Assembly (NCBI GenBank): GCA_947039455.1
Contig: CAMQZB010000001.1
Span: 79,877 to 143,876, forward strand
Origin: an uncultured Clostridia bacterium
GTDB lineage: Bacteria > Bacillota > Clostridia > Christensenellales > CAMQZB01
Direction: 5' to 3'
DNA length: 64,000 nucleotides
Part shown: positions 8,902 to 17,362 of the stretch, one piece after another
How the letters are laid out: each line of letters begins with the position of its first letter
How positions within the stretch are numbered: position 1 is the first letter of the stretch
Notes under the pieces: generated by a model
What the model was told of the DNA's origin: nothing
Seen by the model: the letters and a program-made list of their open reading frames with translations, nothing else
The model's database searches: none
Translations under genes and position numbers: made by a program

Positions 8902-10668
8902 ATGATGAATGATAATAGACTTCAAATAATCAATGATAAATTTCAATTAAATGGTGAAAAATTCAATATTTATGGTGGAGCGATTCATTATTTTAGAACC
9001 GTTCCAGAATGTTGGGAAGACCGTTTAATGAAACTGAAATTAGCAGGATTTAATACTGTTGAGACATATGTTTGCTGGAATTTGCATGAAAAGAAAGAGA
9101 ATGAGTTTGACTTTACTGGAATGCTAGATTTGCGAAAATTCGTGAAACTAGCTGAGAAAGTGGGCTTGTATGCAATCGTTCGCCCAGGTCCATATATTTG
9201 CGCGGAATGGGATTTTGGTGGACTTCCTGCATGGTTGTTAAAAGACAAAAATATACAAATCAGAACTTGCGATGTGAAGTATATGGAAAAAGTTTCTCGA
9301 TACATGAAAAAAGTATTTGAAGAAATCAGCGACTTACAATTTTCAAATGGCGGAAACATCATAGCAATGCAAATTGAGAACGAGTACGGACATTATGGAA
9401 GTGACAAAGTTTATTTACAACAATTATCTGATTTAATGACCGATTGCGGACTTACTGAACTAGCATTTACATCGGATAGCCCTGTTGAAAAAACAATGAC
9501 AGGCGGAACTTTGGACGATACTTACAAAACAGTAAATTTTGGTAGCAATGTTCATGGAAACTTCAAAAACATTGAGAGTTACAACTTAACAAAACCCTAT
9601 ATGTGCATGGAGTTTTGGTGTGGTTGGTTCGACCATTTTGGTGGAAAACACAACAAAAGAAAGCCAGAGAGTGTAGCTGCATGCGTGAAAGAGTTCCTTG
9701 ATAGTGATGCAAACTTTAACTTCTATATGTTCCATGGCGGAACTAACTTTGGGTTTACTTCAGGAGCGAATTATGAATTTAAATACAAGCCAACAACTAC
9801 AAGTTATGATTATGGTGCGTTGCTAACTGAAAACGGTGATTATACAAAAGCCTATCACCTAGTGAGAGAGTTGTTGCACGCAAAACAAGGGCTAGAAATG
9901 CAACCACTTTTACCTTCACCAAAAGTGCAAAACGTAGGAAAAGTCAATCTAACAACTGTTACAAGTTTGTTCGACAATCTGGACAATATAGGCGAAAAAC
10001 ATCATAGTATTATGCCAAATAACATGGAAGATTACGGACAAAATTCAGGATTGATTTACTACAAAGCGAAAGTTACTCACGGTATAAAAAAAGAAGCAAT
10101 CGGCGTAGAAAATCTTGCTGATTACGGCTATATGTACATAAACGATAAGTTCGTGAAAAAGATGAACGGTCGACGTAATTCAATGTTGAAATTCTTCACA
10201 GGATTCCATGGAAAAATAGTAAAAGGCGACGGAAAACCATTCGATTTCTCACTTCTAGTTGACACAATGGGGAGAGTGAATTTCGGTTTCCACTTGTGCG
10301 ACAGAAAAGGTATCACAAGAGCTATCGTAATGCAACAATCGATCATGAATTTTGATGTGCACACATTGCCATTTGACAACATCGAAAAAGTGGATTACAG
10401 CGAAAATTGCGGAAGATTTCCATTGATTATGAAAGGTGAGTTTACTGCACGTGCAAATGAAGATTGCTATCTTCATCTTAAAGGATTTACCAAAGGTTTT
10501 GTATTCGTAAATGGTTTTAATTTAGGACGTTATTGGAAAATAGGACCACAAAGATCCTTGTATATTCCAAACGCAATAGTAAAAGAGAAAAACGAAATAG
10601 TAGTAGTTGAACTTGAGAAATATAAAAATGCAGTGGTGGAAATTACTGATAAACCTGATTTAGGATAG
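8902..10668 (+). CDS. GH35 beta-galactosidase
   Basis: Motifs GGAIHYFR, VETYVCWNLHE, RPGPYICAEWDFGGLPAWL and QIENEYG (acid/base Glu). The ATG at 8902 follows RBS aggagg; the track start at 8881 is probably too early. Confidence 0.9.
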   Translation: MMNDNRLQIINDKFQLNGEKFNIYGGAIHYFRTVPECWEDRLMKLKLAGFNTVETYVCWNLHEKKENEFDFTGMLDLRKFVKLAEKVGLYAIVRPGPYICAEWDFGGLPAWLLKDKNIQIRTCDVKYMEKVSRYMKKVFEEISDLQFSNGGNIIAMQIENEYGHYGSDKVYLQQLSDLMTDCGLTELAFTSDSPVEKTMTGGTLDDTYKTVNFGSNVHGNFKNIESYNLTKPYMCMEFWCGWFDHFGGKHNKRKPESVAACVKEFLDSDANFNFYMFHGGTNFGFTSGANYEFKYKPTTTSYDYGALLTENGDYTKAYHLVRELLHAKQGLEMQPLLPSPKVQNVGKVNLTTVTSLFDNLDNIGEKHHSIMPNNMEDYGQNSGLIYYKAKVTHGIKKEAIGVENLADYGYMYINDKFVKKMNGRRNSMLKFFTGFHGKIVKGDGKPFDFSLLVDTMGRVNFGFHLCDRKGITRAIVMQQSIMNFDVHTLPFDNIEKVDYSENCGRFPLIMKGEFTARANEDCYLHLKGFTKGFVFVNGFNLGRYWKIGPQRSLYIPNAIVKEKNEIVVVELEKYKNAVVEITDKPDLG

Positions 10669-10759
10669 ACAAAAGCTGCTTACTGTGTTATAATTTAAAA
10701 AGATAACAGGGATTTAGTCAAAAACTAAATTAAACTAAACGAAAAAAGAGGTATGATAT

Positions 10760-10942
10760 ATGAATAAAACGACTTTTCTTGAATACAATTTCAAATGTCC
10801 AATGTGCGGAGCTAAATTATTATTGAGAGATAGTAAAAAAGGGCAGTTTATCGGTTGCAGTCAGTTCGGACCAAGTAAGTGCGAATTTAACGCGCCAATG
10901 GAAGAGTATTTTGATATGACTCCACCAGAGAAAAGAGTATAA
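10760..10942 (+). CDS. small zinc-ribbon protein (topoisomerase-type C4 zinc-finger-like)
   Basis: CPMCGAKL..(17)..CSQFGPSKC spacing. RBS agagg lies upstream and a terminator lies downstream. Confidence 0.55.
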   Translation: MNKTTFLEYNFKCPMCGAKLLLRDSKKGQFIGCSQFGPSKCEFNAPMEEYFDMTPPEKRV

Positions 10943-10983
10943 TTTTTAATCATTCTAAAAATTAATTATAAGATGTAAAAAAG

Positions 10984-11010
10984 CTAGATTTAACCATCTA
11001 GTTTTTTTTT
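10984..11010 (+). terminator. rho-independent terminator
   Basis: Stem ctagat/atctag followed by a 9-T run. Confidence 0.6.
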
Positions 11011-11224
11011 ATGTAATCTAATCTAAATTTTAAAATTACAAATACCAACAAAAAACATATAAACGTTATAGTGAAAAAAAGAGATATTCATTAATTAAAT
11101 AATGGGTATTAATTAGTATAAGTTTAATGAAGTTAAAAAATATTAAAAGATAAGTCAATTATTTATAGATTTAGACAAAAAACTAAAATAAAAATTATTT
11201 TAATTAAAAAGTTGTAAAAAACAC

Positions 11225-11253
11225 TTGATTTTCTTCGTTATATTTGGTATAGT
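11225..11253 (+). promoter_or_regulatory. sigma-A type promoter of the tRNA operon
   Basis: TTGATT, 17-nt spacer, TATAGT with an upstream TG (extended -10). It lies about 20 nt before the first tRNA. Confidence 0.6.
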
Positions 11254-11273
11254 AATAAGGCACTAATGTGTGG

Positions 11274-11349
11274 GGGAGCTTAGCTCAGTTGGGAGAGCAT
11301 CTGCCTTACAAGCAGAGGGTCACAGGTTCGAGCCCTGTAGCTCCCACCA
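11274..11349 (+). tRNA. tRNA-Val (anticodon UAC), copy 1
   Basis: Cloverleaf folded by hand: acceptor gggagct/agctccc, anticodon stem tctgc/gcaga, loop cTTACAa, T-loop ttcgagc, encoded CCA. Confidence 0.9.
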
Positions 11350-11392
11350 TTATCGTGCAACAACTTAATACAAAATTAAATTAATTTGGTGA

Positions 11393-11468
11393 GGGAGCTT
11401 AGCTCAGTTGGGAGAGCATCTGCCTTACAAGCAGAGGGTCACAGGTTCGAGCCCTGTAGCTCCCACCA
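11393..11468 (+). tRNA. tRNA-Val (UAC), copy 2
   Basis: Identical to copy 1, offset by 119 nt. Confidence 0.9.
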
Positions 11469-11511
11469 TTATCGTGCAACAACTTAATACAAAATTAAAT
11501 TAATTTGGTGA

Positions 11512-11587
11512 GGGAGCTTAGCTCAGTTGGGAGAGCATCTGCCTTACAAGCAGAGGGTCACAGGTTCGAGCCCTGTAGCTCCCACCA
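11512..11587 (+). tRNA. tRNA-Val (UAC), copy 3
   Basis: Identical to copy 1, offset by 238 nt. Confidence 0.9.
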
Positions 11588-11606
11588 TTATTTAATTTTG
11601 AATTAT

Positions 11607-11681
11607 GCGGGAGTGGCTCAGTGGTAGAGCGTCGCCTTGCCAAGGCGAATGTCGCGGGTCCGAATCCCGTCTCCCGCTCCA
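11607..11681 (+). tRNA. tRNA-Gly (anticodon GCC)
   Basis: Acceptor gcgggag/ctcccgc, anticodon stem tcgcc/ggcga, loop tTGCCaa, encoded CCA. The T-loop reads TCCGAAT (C at the usual U55 position). Confidence 0.85.
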
Positions 11682-11685
11682 ATTG

Positions 11686-11725
11686 TACTATCTAATTTCA
11701 AGTTGAATTTAGATAGTATTTTTTT
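11686..11725 (+). terminator. terminator of the tRNA operon
   Basis: 10-bp stem tactatctaa/ttagatagta followed by a T-run. Confidence 0.75.
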
Positions 11726-11793
11726 ATACTTTTTTAGTCAAATATAGCATATAATTAAAAAAAGTAGGGGATAACCTACAATTTAACACAAAT

Positions 11794-11833
11794 AAAAAAG
11801 GATTGCAGGCACAAAAACCTACAATCCTTTTTC
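11794..11833 (-). terminator. terminator downstream of the minus-strand TetR/GNAT operon
   Basis: Stem aggattgcagg/cctacaatcct (one mismatch) flanked by an A-run and a T-run. Confidence 0.6.
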
Positions 11834-11885
11834 TATGTAATTTAACATTAATTACTCAACCTAAAACAGTATATCTAGCAATACC

Positions 11886-12227
11886 TTAAACAGTAGCCCC
11901 AGCAACAGCTTCAAGTAGTTTATCCAAGAAAGCTTCCTCACCGAATGTGTTTACCTTCCAAAAAAGACCTTGACTACCACCAGCGGTAACTGCGGAAATA
12001 AAAACTTCGCCTTGATCTTTTCCAAACAAAGTAACGTTAAGACTTAAACGATTTGAGCCAGTCCAACTGTATCTTTCAAATACCAAAATAGTGCAATTAC
12101 AATCACCAATCTCAAAAGAACTTGAGTCCTCAAGAGTGGCGGAACAACTACTGTTTAAAATTCCGTCAGTAATTAATTTCTCCATGTCAGCGAAAGTGCC
12201 AACTAATTTTCCTTCATATTTTGCCAT
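11886..12227 (-). CDS. hypothetical protein (113 aa)
   Basis: Strong RBS gggagg. It is the last gene of the TetR/GNAT operon. I cannot assign a family with confidence. Confidence 0.6.
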   Translation of the reverse strand: MAKYEGKLVGTFADMEKLITDGILNSSCSATLEDSSSFEIGDCNCTILVFERYSWTGSNRLSLNVTLFGKDQGEVFISAVTAGGSQGLFWKVNTFGEEAFLDKLLEAVAGATV

Positions 12228-12281
12228 AAAAATACCTCCCTATAAATATATATTATGATTAAATTTCGAAATTATAATATA

Positions 12282-13184
12282 TTATAAATCTTCAAAAGCA
12301 GTCCAAAAAGGGCTGTCAGGAGATTTTTCTTTGATTTCCATTTGAGCTTCTCTAGTAAGTTTAGAAAGAACAAGAACATAAGATTGCATAATTAAAGTTT
12401 TCATAACATCAACAGGAGTATCGCCACTAAGTATAACAGAAACCCAAGTTTTTTGGTCCATAAACAAAGCGGGTTTAATAAAGTCGTGTTTTTGTTGTAA
12501 AAATTCCGCCATATCGGAATCACATTTCAAAGTTAGAATAGTCAAACCGCCGAATTCTTTATGTCTAATATGAGGGGTAGTAAGACCCGCAAACATTTTG
12601 CCTTTAATCAAAAATCTATCCCAATGCCATTCAATTTTAAAATCAGTAGTAGCAGAAGGCAAAGCAAGCATAAATTTTTCTATCCAAGGGTAGTTGTTAA
12701 GTAGTGGAGTCGTTGCAGGAACTGCGCCGAAGTACTTAACCATAACTTTTTCCCCACCAAAATCAAATTCACCGTTAAAAGAAAAACCTAACTTTTTGTA
12801 AAGAGAAATAGCTTGTGGATTGTTGTCAAAAACGCTTAAATATATTTCATTGCAAGAGTATTCTGAAGTAATATGAGCCATAAGCGGAGTAAGAAGAAGT
12901 CTTGCATAACCAAGCCCTTGAAAGTCCTTATGAATAAAGAATCTATCAAGCCAAACTCGACCAGAAACCCCTTCGTCAGCCCAAACGCCATACATAGCAA
13001 ACCCAACAGCAGTGTCGCCCATGTAAATAATCACAGGACGCCATAAAGCAAGTTGGTCAGCCTCAGCAAGACAGTCAAAAGCGGACTCGCAAAGATTCTT
13101 TTGGGAATCTAAAGTAGTAAGAGATAGTGCAATTTCACGATTTTTATTTGTTACAGGAACAAAACTAATTTTTAAATTTTTCAT
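12282..13184 (-). CDS. GNAT N-acetyltransferase fused to MmcQ/YjbR-like domain
   Basis: The N-terminal half carries a GNAT motif (FIHKDFQGLGYARLLL ... LYKKLGF). The C-terminal half is YjbR-like (WHWDRFLIKGKMFAGL ... KTWVSVIL). Confidence 0.75.
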   Translation of the reverse strand: MKNLKISFVPVTNKNREIALSLTTLDSQKNLCESAFDCLAEADQLALWRPVIIYMGDTAVGFAMYGVWADEGVSGRVWLDRFFIHKDFQGLGYARLLLTPLMAHITSEYSCNEIYLSVFDNNPQAISLYKKLGFSFNGEFDFGGEKVMVKYFGAVPATTPLLNNYPWIEKFMLALPSATTDFKIEWHWDRFLIKGKMFAGLTTPHIRHKEFGGLTILTLKCDSDMAEFLQQKHDFIKPALFMDQKTWVSVILSGDTPVDVMKTLIMQSYVLVLSKLTREAQMEIKEKSPDSPFWTAFEDL

Positions 13185-13746
13185 AAGCCTCCAATTTTTC
13201 AGCAGTAGTAATAATCTGAGTAATAAATTTATCTAAATCAAACCCTTCGTTATTCAAATTTTGTTGAATAGTCATTCCGTCGCAAAGAAGTAAAATTGTC
13301 CAAGCGAGAAAATCTCCAGAAGCGGAAGAAAAAGTTTTAGAAATAGCAGTAGCGATATTCTTAGAAAAGATATCGTAACGTTCAAGAAGTTTTTCACGAA
13401 TTTCAATATTATTTTGAATAGCATTGAAAGTTAAATACATACGAGTTTTAGAAGCAGTCAAAGCGCCTTGAATAACGTATTTTAAAATACGGTGTAACGA
13501 AATATCCTTACTACGATCCGCCGTCCAACGAAGTAACTCATCCATTTGTTGATCAAGAAATTTAGTAGTAACATCAAGCAAAATCTGATCTTTTGAATTA
13601 TAGTGATAATAAAGCGTGCCTTTAGAAATATTAGCAGTAGAAGCAATTTTCGCTAAAGTAATCTCAGAAAATTCCAGTTCAGTAGTTAATAATTCGGTAG
13701 CTTGAAGAATTTTTTCCTTCACATTATCGTTTCTTGGGGCAGCCAT
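13165..13746 (-). CDS. TetR/AcrR-family transcriptional regulator
   Basis: N-terminal HTH (ITLAKIASTANISKGTLYYHYNSKDQIL). It overlaps the downstream GNAT gene by 20 nt. Confidence 0.85.
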   Translation of the reverse strand: MAAPRNDNVKEKILQATELLTTELEFSEITLAKIASTANISKGTLYYHYNSKDQILLDVTTKFLDQQMDELLRWTADRSKDISLHRILKYVIQGALTASKTRMYLTFNAIQNNIEIREKLLERYDIFSKNIATAISKTFSSASGDFLAWTILLLCDGMTIQQNLNNEGFDLDKFITQIITTAEKLEAYEKFKN

Positions 13747-13893
13747 AAATTCACCTCGTAATCTCGTTTTTCTTAGTATAACTGTAACATAAAAAACATA
13801 TTTTGTAAAGAGATAAATGAATATACATACTTACCGAAGTAGTAAAGATTAAATGATTGTTATAAAACTAACAATAAATTTTTAGATTTGATA

Positions 13894-13922
13894 TTGACAA
13901 TTGAGTATTTATGTATTATAAT
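13894..13922 (+). promoter_or_regulatory. consensus sigma-A promoter of the glp-like operon
   Basis: TTGACA, 17-nt spacer, TATAAT (perfect consensus). Confidence 0.75.
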
Positions 13923-13934
13923 AGAAGTATAAGC

Positions 13935-13954
13935 AGTCGGCTAATTGACCGACT
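13935..13954. promoter_or_regulatory. palindromic operator candidate
   Basis: AGTCGG-ctAATTga-CCGACT lies 13 nt downstream of the -10, in the TetR-divergent intergenic region. Confidence 0.5.
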
Positions 13955-13979
13955 AATGAATGATTAGGGAGAGATAAAG

Positions 13980-15695
13980 ATGAATATAAAAAAATTGCAA
14001 AAGCAGTTAGACAAGAAATTCCCAAACAAATTAACAATAAATGAGGACGAATTTTCTCGGATAGTGACTGGATCGCTAGATAGCTGGCAAGATATAATGA
14101 CAGCGTGCAGTCTTGCGGTAGACGTAAAATCGGGAAAATGTGTAGTAAATGATATTACGTTAAAGGGCATAGAAATCCCAAAAACTAAGCTACCAAAAAT
14201 CACTGACAAAACCCTTGATGGAAAAGAGTATGACGTGGTGGTAATTGGAGGCGGAATTTCAGGAGCTTCAATATTAAGAGAATTATCAAAATGGAATATC
14301 AAGGCACTTTTAATTGAAAAAGAGTCTGATTTAGCTATGCACGCAACAGGCAGAAACGATGGAGAAGTACACCCAGGAGTAGATTTGTCGTTAGGTTCTT
14401 TGAAGCAACATTATGTACTACTTGGAAACGCAATGTATGGAGACGTGTGTAAAGACCTTGACGTACCATTTATTCGTTGTGGACAGTATGTAGGAATGTT
14501 TGAAAAGTGGTCAAAACCAATAATCAAAATGTTCGTACGCAACCGCTTGAAAAAGTGTGGAGTAACAGGAACAAAATTTGTAACAGGAGCTGAAATTCAT
14601 GAAGCTGAACCAAATCTAAACAAGAATTTCAAGTTTGGAATATATAATTCAACAGCGGGAATAGTTTGTCCTTACAACATGGCGATAGCATACGCTGAAA
14701 ACGCAGTTCAAAACGGCGGGGAAGTATCATTAAACACAGCGGTTTTGAGCATGAACGTAGTTGATGGAGAGATTAAAACAATAACAACAAACCGTGGAAC
14801 AATCATCCCTAAAGTAGTAATAAATGCCGCAGGAACATTTGCTGAAGAAGTGGCGAAAATGGCAGGGGACAGATTCTATTCTATACACCCAAGAAAAGGC
14901 ACAAATTCAATATTAGATAAGAAAGCAAATGGATTGTTAAAATCAATTGCATCAGTAAAGTTGCTTAAAAGCACAGGGGGTGCACATTCAAAAGGTGGCG
15001 GAATGATGAGAACAGTAGACCACAATCTTTTGATTGGACCAAATGCAGTTGAAACATACGAAAAAGAGAATTTCGAAACAAATAAAGAGTCAATTTCTGA
15101 AGTATTTAATAAACAAAGAAACACAGCCCCAGACTTACATGAAAGGGAAATAATCACATATTTCACAGGAGTGCGTGGCCCAACCTTTGAGGAAGATTTC
15201 GTATTAGGACGAGGCAGACGAACAAAGAATTTAATTCACTGCGCAGGAATACAGTCACCAGGATTAACAACAGCCCCTGCAATAGCACTAGATTTAGAAA
15301 AATTAGCAGTTCAAATCCTTAGTGAAACAGGAAAAGTTGAGAAAAATAACAACTTCAATCCAGTTAGAAAAGGCGTACCAGTAATAAGAGAAATGGACGA
15401 TGAAACAAAGAACAAATATATAGCGAAAAACCCAGATTATGGAGTAATAATTTGTCGTTGCGAAGAGATTAGCAAAGGGGAAATTATTGACGCATTGAAC
15501 ATGAATATTTGCGTACCAACAGTTGACGGAATTAAAAAGAGATTACGTCCAGGAATGGGCAGGTGTCAAGGCGGTTTTTGCGCACCATTAGTTACAAAAA
15601 TCATAGCGGAACACCTTGGCGTGAAGCTATCGGAAGTACAAAAATCCAACGAAGGTTCAAACTTATCATACGGACTAACAAAGGGGGATAACTAA
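13980..15695 (+). CDS. FAD-dependent oxidoreductase, GlpA/LhgO-like, with BFD-like [2Fe-2S] domain
   Basis: DVVVIGGGISGASILREL dinucleotide fold and a C-terminal CRCEEISKGEI...RPGMGRCQGGFC. An ~85-aa N-terminal extension precedes the Rossmann fold. Confidence 0.85.
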   Translation: MNIKKLQKQLDKKFPNKLTINEDEFSRIVTGSLDSWQDIMTACSLAVDVKSGKCVVNDITLKGIEIPKTKLPKITDKTLDGKEYDVVVIGGGISGASILRELSKWNIKALLIEKESDLAMHATGRNDGEVHPGVDLSLGSLKQHYVLLGNAMYGDVCKDLDVPFIRCGQYVGMFEKWSKPIIKMFVRNRLKKCGVTGTKFVTGAEIHEAEPNLNKNFKFGIYNSTAGIVCPYNMAIAYAENAVQNGGEVSLNTAVLSMNVVDGEIKTITTNRGTIIPKVVINAAGTFAEEVAKMAGDRFYSIHPRKGTNSILDKKANGLLKSIASVKLLKSTGGAHSKGGGMMRTVDHNLLIGPNAVETYEKENFETNKESISEVFNKQRNTAPDLHEREIITYFTGVRGPTFEEDFVLGRGRRTKNLIHCAGIQSPGLTTAPAIALDLEKLAVQILSETGKVEKNNNFNPVRKGVPVIREMDDETKNKYIAKNPDYGVIICRCEEISKGEIIDALNMNICVPTVDGIKKRLRPGMGRCQGGFCAPLVTKIIAEHLGVKLSEVQKSNEGSNLSYGLTKGDN

Positions 15696-15697
15696 CC

Positions 15698-16948
15698 ATG
15701 ATTAATTATGATGTAGTAGTAATTGGCGGTGGCCCAGCAGGTTTAGCCGCAGCAATTTCCGCAAATAAAGCAGGTTCAAAAGTATTATTAATCGAACGTG
15801 AAGCAAGACTTGGTGGAATCCTTAAACAATGTATCCACGACGGTTTTGGAATAGTGAAATTCGGGGAAAAATTATCAGGACCAGAGTATGCGGAACGATA
15901 TATTGACGAATTTATAAAAGGAAAAATAGATTGCGAAATGCTAACTTTCGTAACAAGTATTAAAAAAACAGCGGAAGGATTTGCAATAACGGTAGTAAAT
16001 AGAACTGGAGTAATCAAATACCTAGCGAAATCAATAGTACTAGCAACAGGTTGCAGAGAGAGAACAGCAAAGCAAGTATCAATCCACGGAACACGTCCAG
16101 CAGGAGTATTCACAGCAGGTCAAGCGCAACATTTCGTGAACCTATTAGGTGAAATGGTAACAAAAAAATGCGTAATTCTAGGAAGTGGCGACATAGGACT
16201 GATTATGGCAAGAAGATTGACACTAGAAGGTGCTGAAGTTTTGGGCGTATACGAAGCAAAATCCACGCCGTCAGGGTTAACGAGAAACATACATCAATGC
16301 CTAAACGATTTCAATATCCCGTTGCATTTGTCACATACAGTAACAAAAGTTTTCGGAAGTGAAAGATTAACAAGTGTAGAGATTACAAAAGTTGACGAAA
16401 GAATGCAACCAATAGCAGGCACATCTGAGATAATAGAGTGTGATTCACTGATATTGTCAGTTGGTCTAATTCCTGAAAACGAGCTAGCTGAAAGTTTGGG
16501 AGTAGAGCTAGATAATTTCGCAAAAGGTCCAAGATGTGACGGTCAGTTTATGACATCGGTTGGAGGCGTGTTTACTTGCGGAAATGCAACACACGTAAAC
16601 GACTTGGCTGATTACGTATCAGAAAGTGGCGAGATTGCAGGAATAGGAGCAAGTGCCTATGCTGAAGCTGAAAGAGAATTAGTAAATATTGGAATGAACG
16701 AGAAAACATTGTATATTGTGCCAGAAATGATAGATTTAAAAGCAAATAATTCAAATACCATTTTGTTTTTTAGAAGCAAATACGTTTTGAACAAATGCAA
16801 GATAAATGTTATAATTGACGGAGTAAATGTATTTGCGAAAAAGTTTGCATTTTTACGACCACCAGAAATGGAGCGTATAGTGTTAAATTTTGATGAATTA
16901 AAAGTAACTAAAGATTCAAAAATTGAATTTGAAATAGTGGAGGGATAA
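15698..16948 (+). CDS. NAD(P)/FAD-dependent pyridine nucleotide-disulfide-type oxidoreductase
   Basis: DVVVIGGGPAGLAAA plus a second GSGDIGLIMA dinucleotide fold. It is a typical partner of the GlpA-like subunit. Confidence 0.85.
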   Translation: MINYDVVVIGGGPAGLAAAISANKAGSKVLLIEREARLGGILKQCIHDGFGIVKFGEKLSGPEYAERYIDEFIKGKIDCEMLTFVTSIKKTAEGFAITVVNRTGVIKYLAKSIVLATGCRERTAKQVSIHGTRPAGVFTAGQAQHFVNLLGEMVTKKCVILGSGDIGLIMARRLTLEGAEVLGVYEAKSTPSGLTRNIHQCLNDFNIPLHLSHTVTKVFGSERLTSVEITKVDERMQPIAGTSEIIECDSLILSVGLIPENELAESLGVELDNFAKGPRCDGQFMTSVGGVFTCGNATHVNDLADYVSESGEIAGIGASAYAEAERELVNIGMNEKTLYIVPEMIDLKANNSNTILFFRSKYVLNKCKINVIIDGVNVFAKKFAFLRPPEMERIVLNFDELKVTKDSKIEFEIVEG

Positions 16949-16954
16949 GAGAAT

Positions 16955-17308
16955 ATGAAACAATTTGTATGTATAGTTTGTCCCAATGGTTGCGGACTAA
17001 TGGTAGATGAAAACACAATGGAAGTTACTGGACATAAGTGTAAAAGAGGAATAGATTTTGGGGTAAATGAAGTAACAAACCCAATGCGAACGATTTGCAC
17101 AACAGTGAAAACAACGTTTGCTGAAGCGCCAGTTTTACCAGTACGAGTATCTGAAGATATTCCAAAAAGCCAGATATTTGAAGTAATGAGTGAAATAAAT
17201 AAAGTAGTATTAAGTAAAAGCGTATCAAGAGGCGATGTAATAATTGCCAACGTACTAGGATTAGGCGTTGACGTAATTGCAACATCGGATTTAATTAAAG
17301 AACTATAA
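16955..17308 (+). CDS. DUF1667 domain protein (third subunit of the flavoprotein module)
   Basis: Motif CIVCPNGCGL ... GHKCKRG, size 117 aa, and conserved gene order after the two oxidoreductases. Confidence 0.75.
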   Translation: MKQFVCIVCPNGCGLMVDENTMEVTGHKCKRGIDFGVNEVTNPMRTICTTVKTTFAEAPVLPVRVSEDIPKSQIFEVMSEINKVVLSKSVSRGDVIIANVLGLGVDVIATSDLIKEL

Positions 17309-17362
17309 AATATGATAATTGAAATATAGAAAATGAAATATAGACACTTAGGGGGAAAACAC

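Larger units (their letters stand above)
11274..11591 (+). repeat. 119-bp tandem repeat (tRNA-Val plus 43-nt spacer), about 2.7 units
   Basis: The spacer ttatcgtgcaacaacttaatacaaaattaaattaatttggtga is identical between units. Confidence 0.9.

Noticed and set aside
11274-11591. Regularly spaced identical repeats that could be mistaken for a CRISPR array.
   Set aside because: Each repeat folds as a complete tRNA-Val cloverleaf, and the 'spacers' are identical to one another. No cas genes are present.
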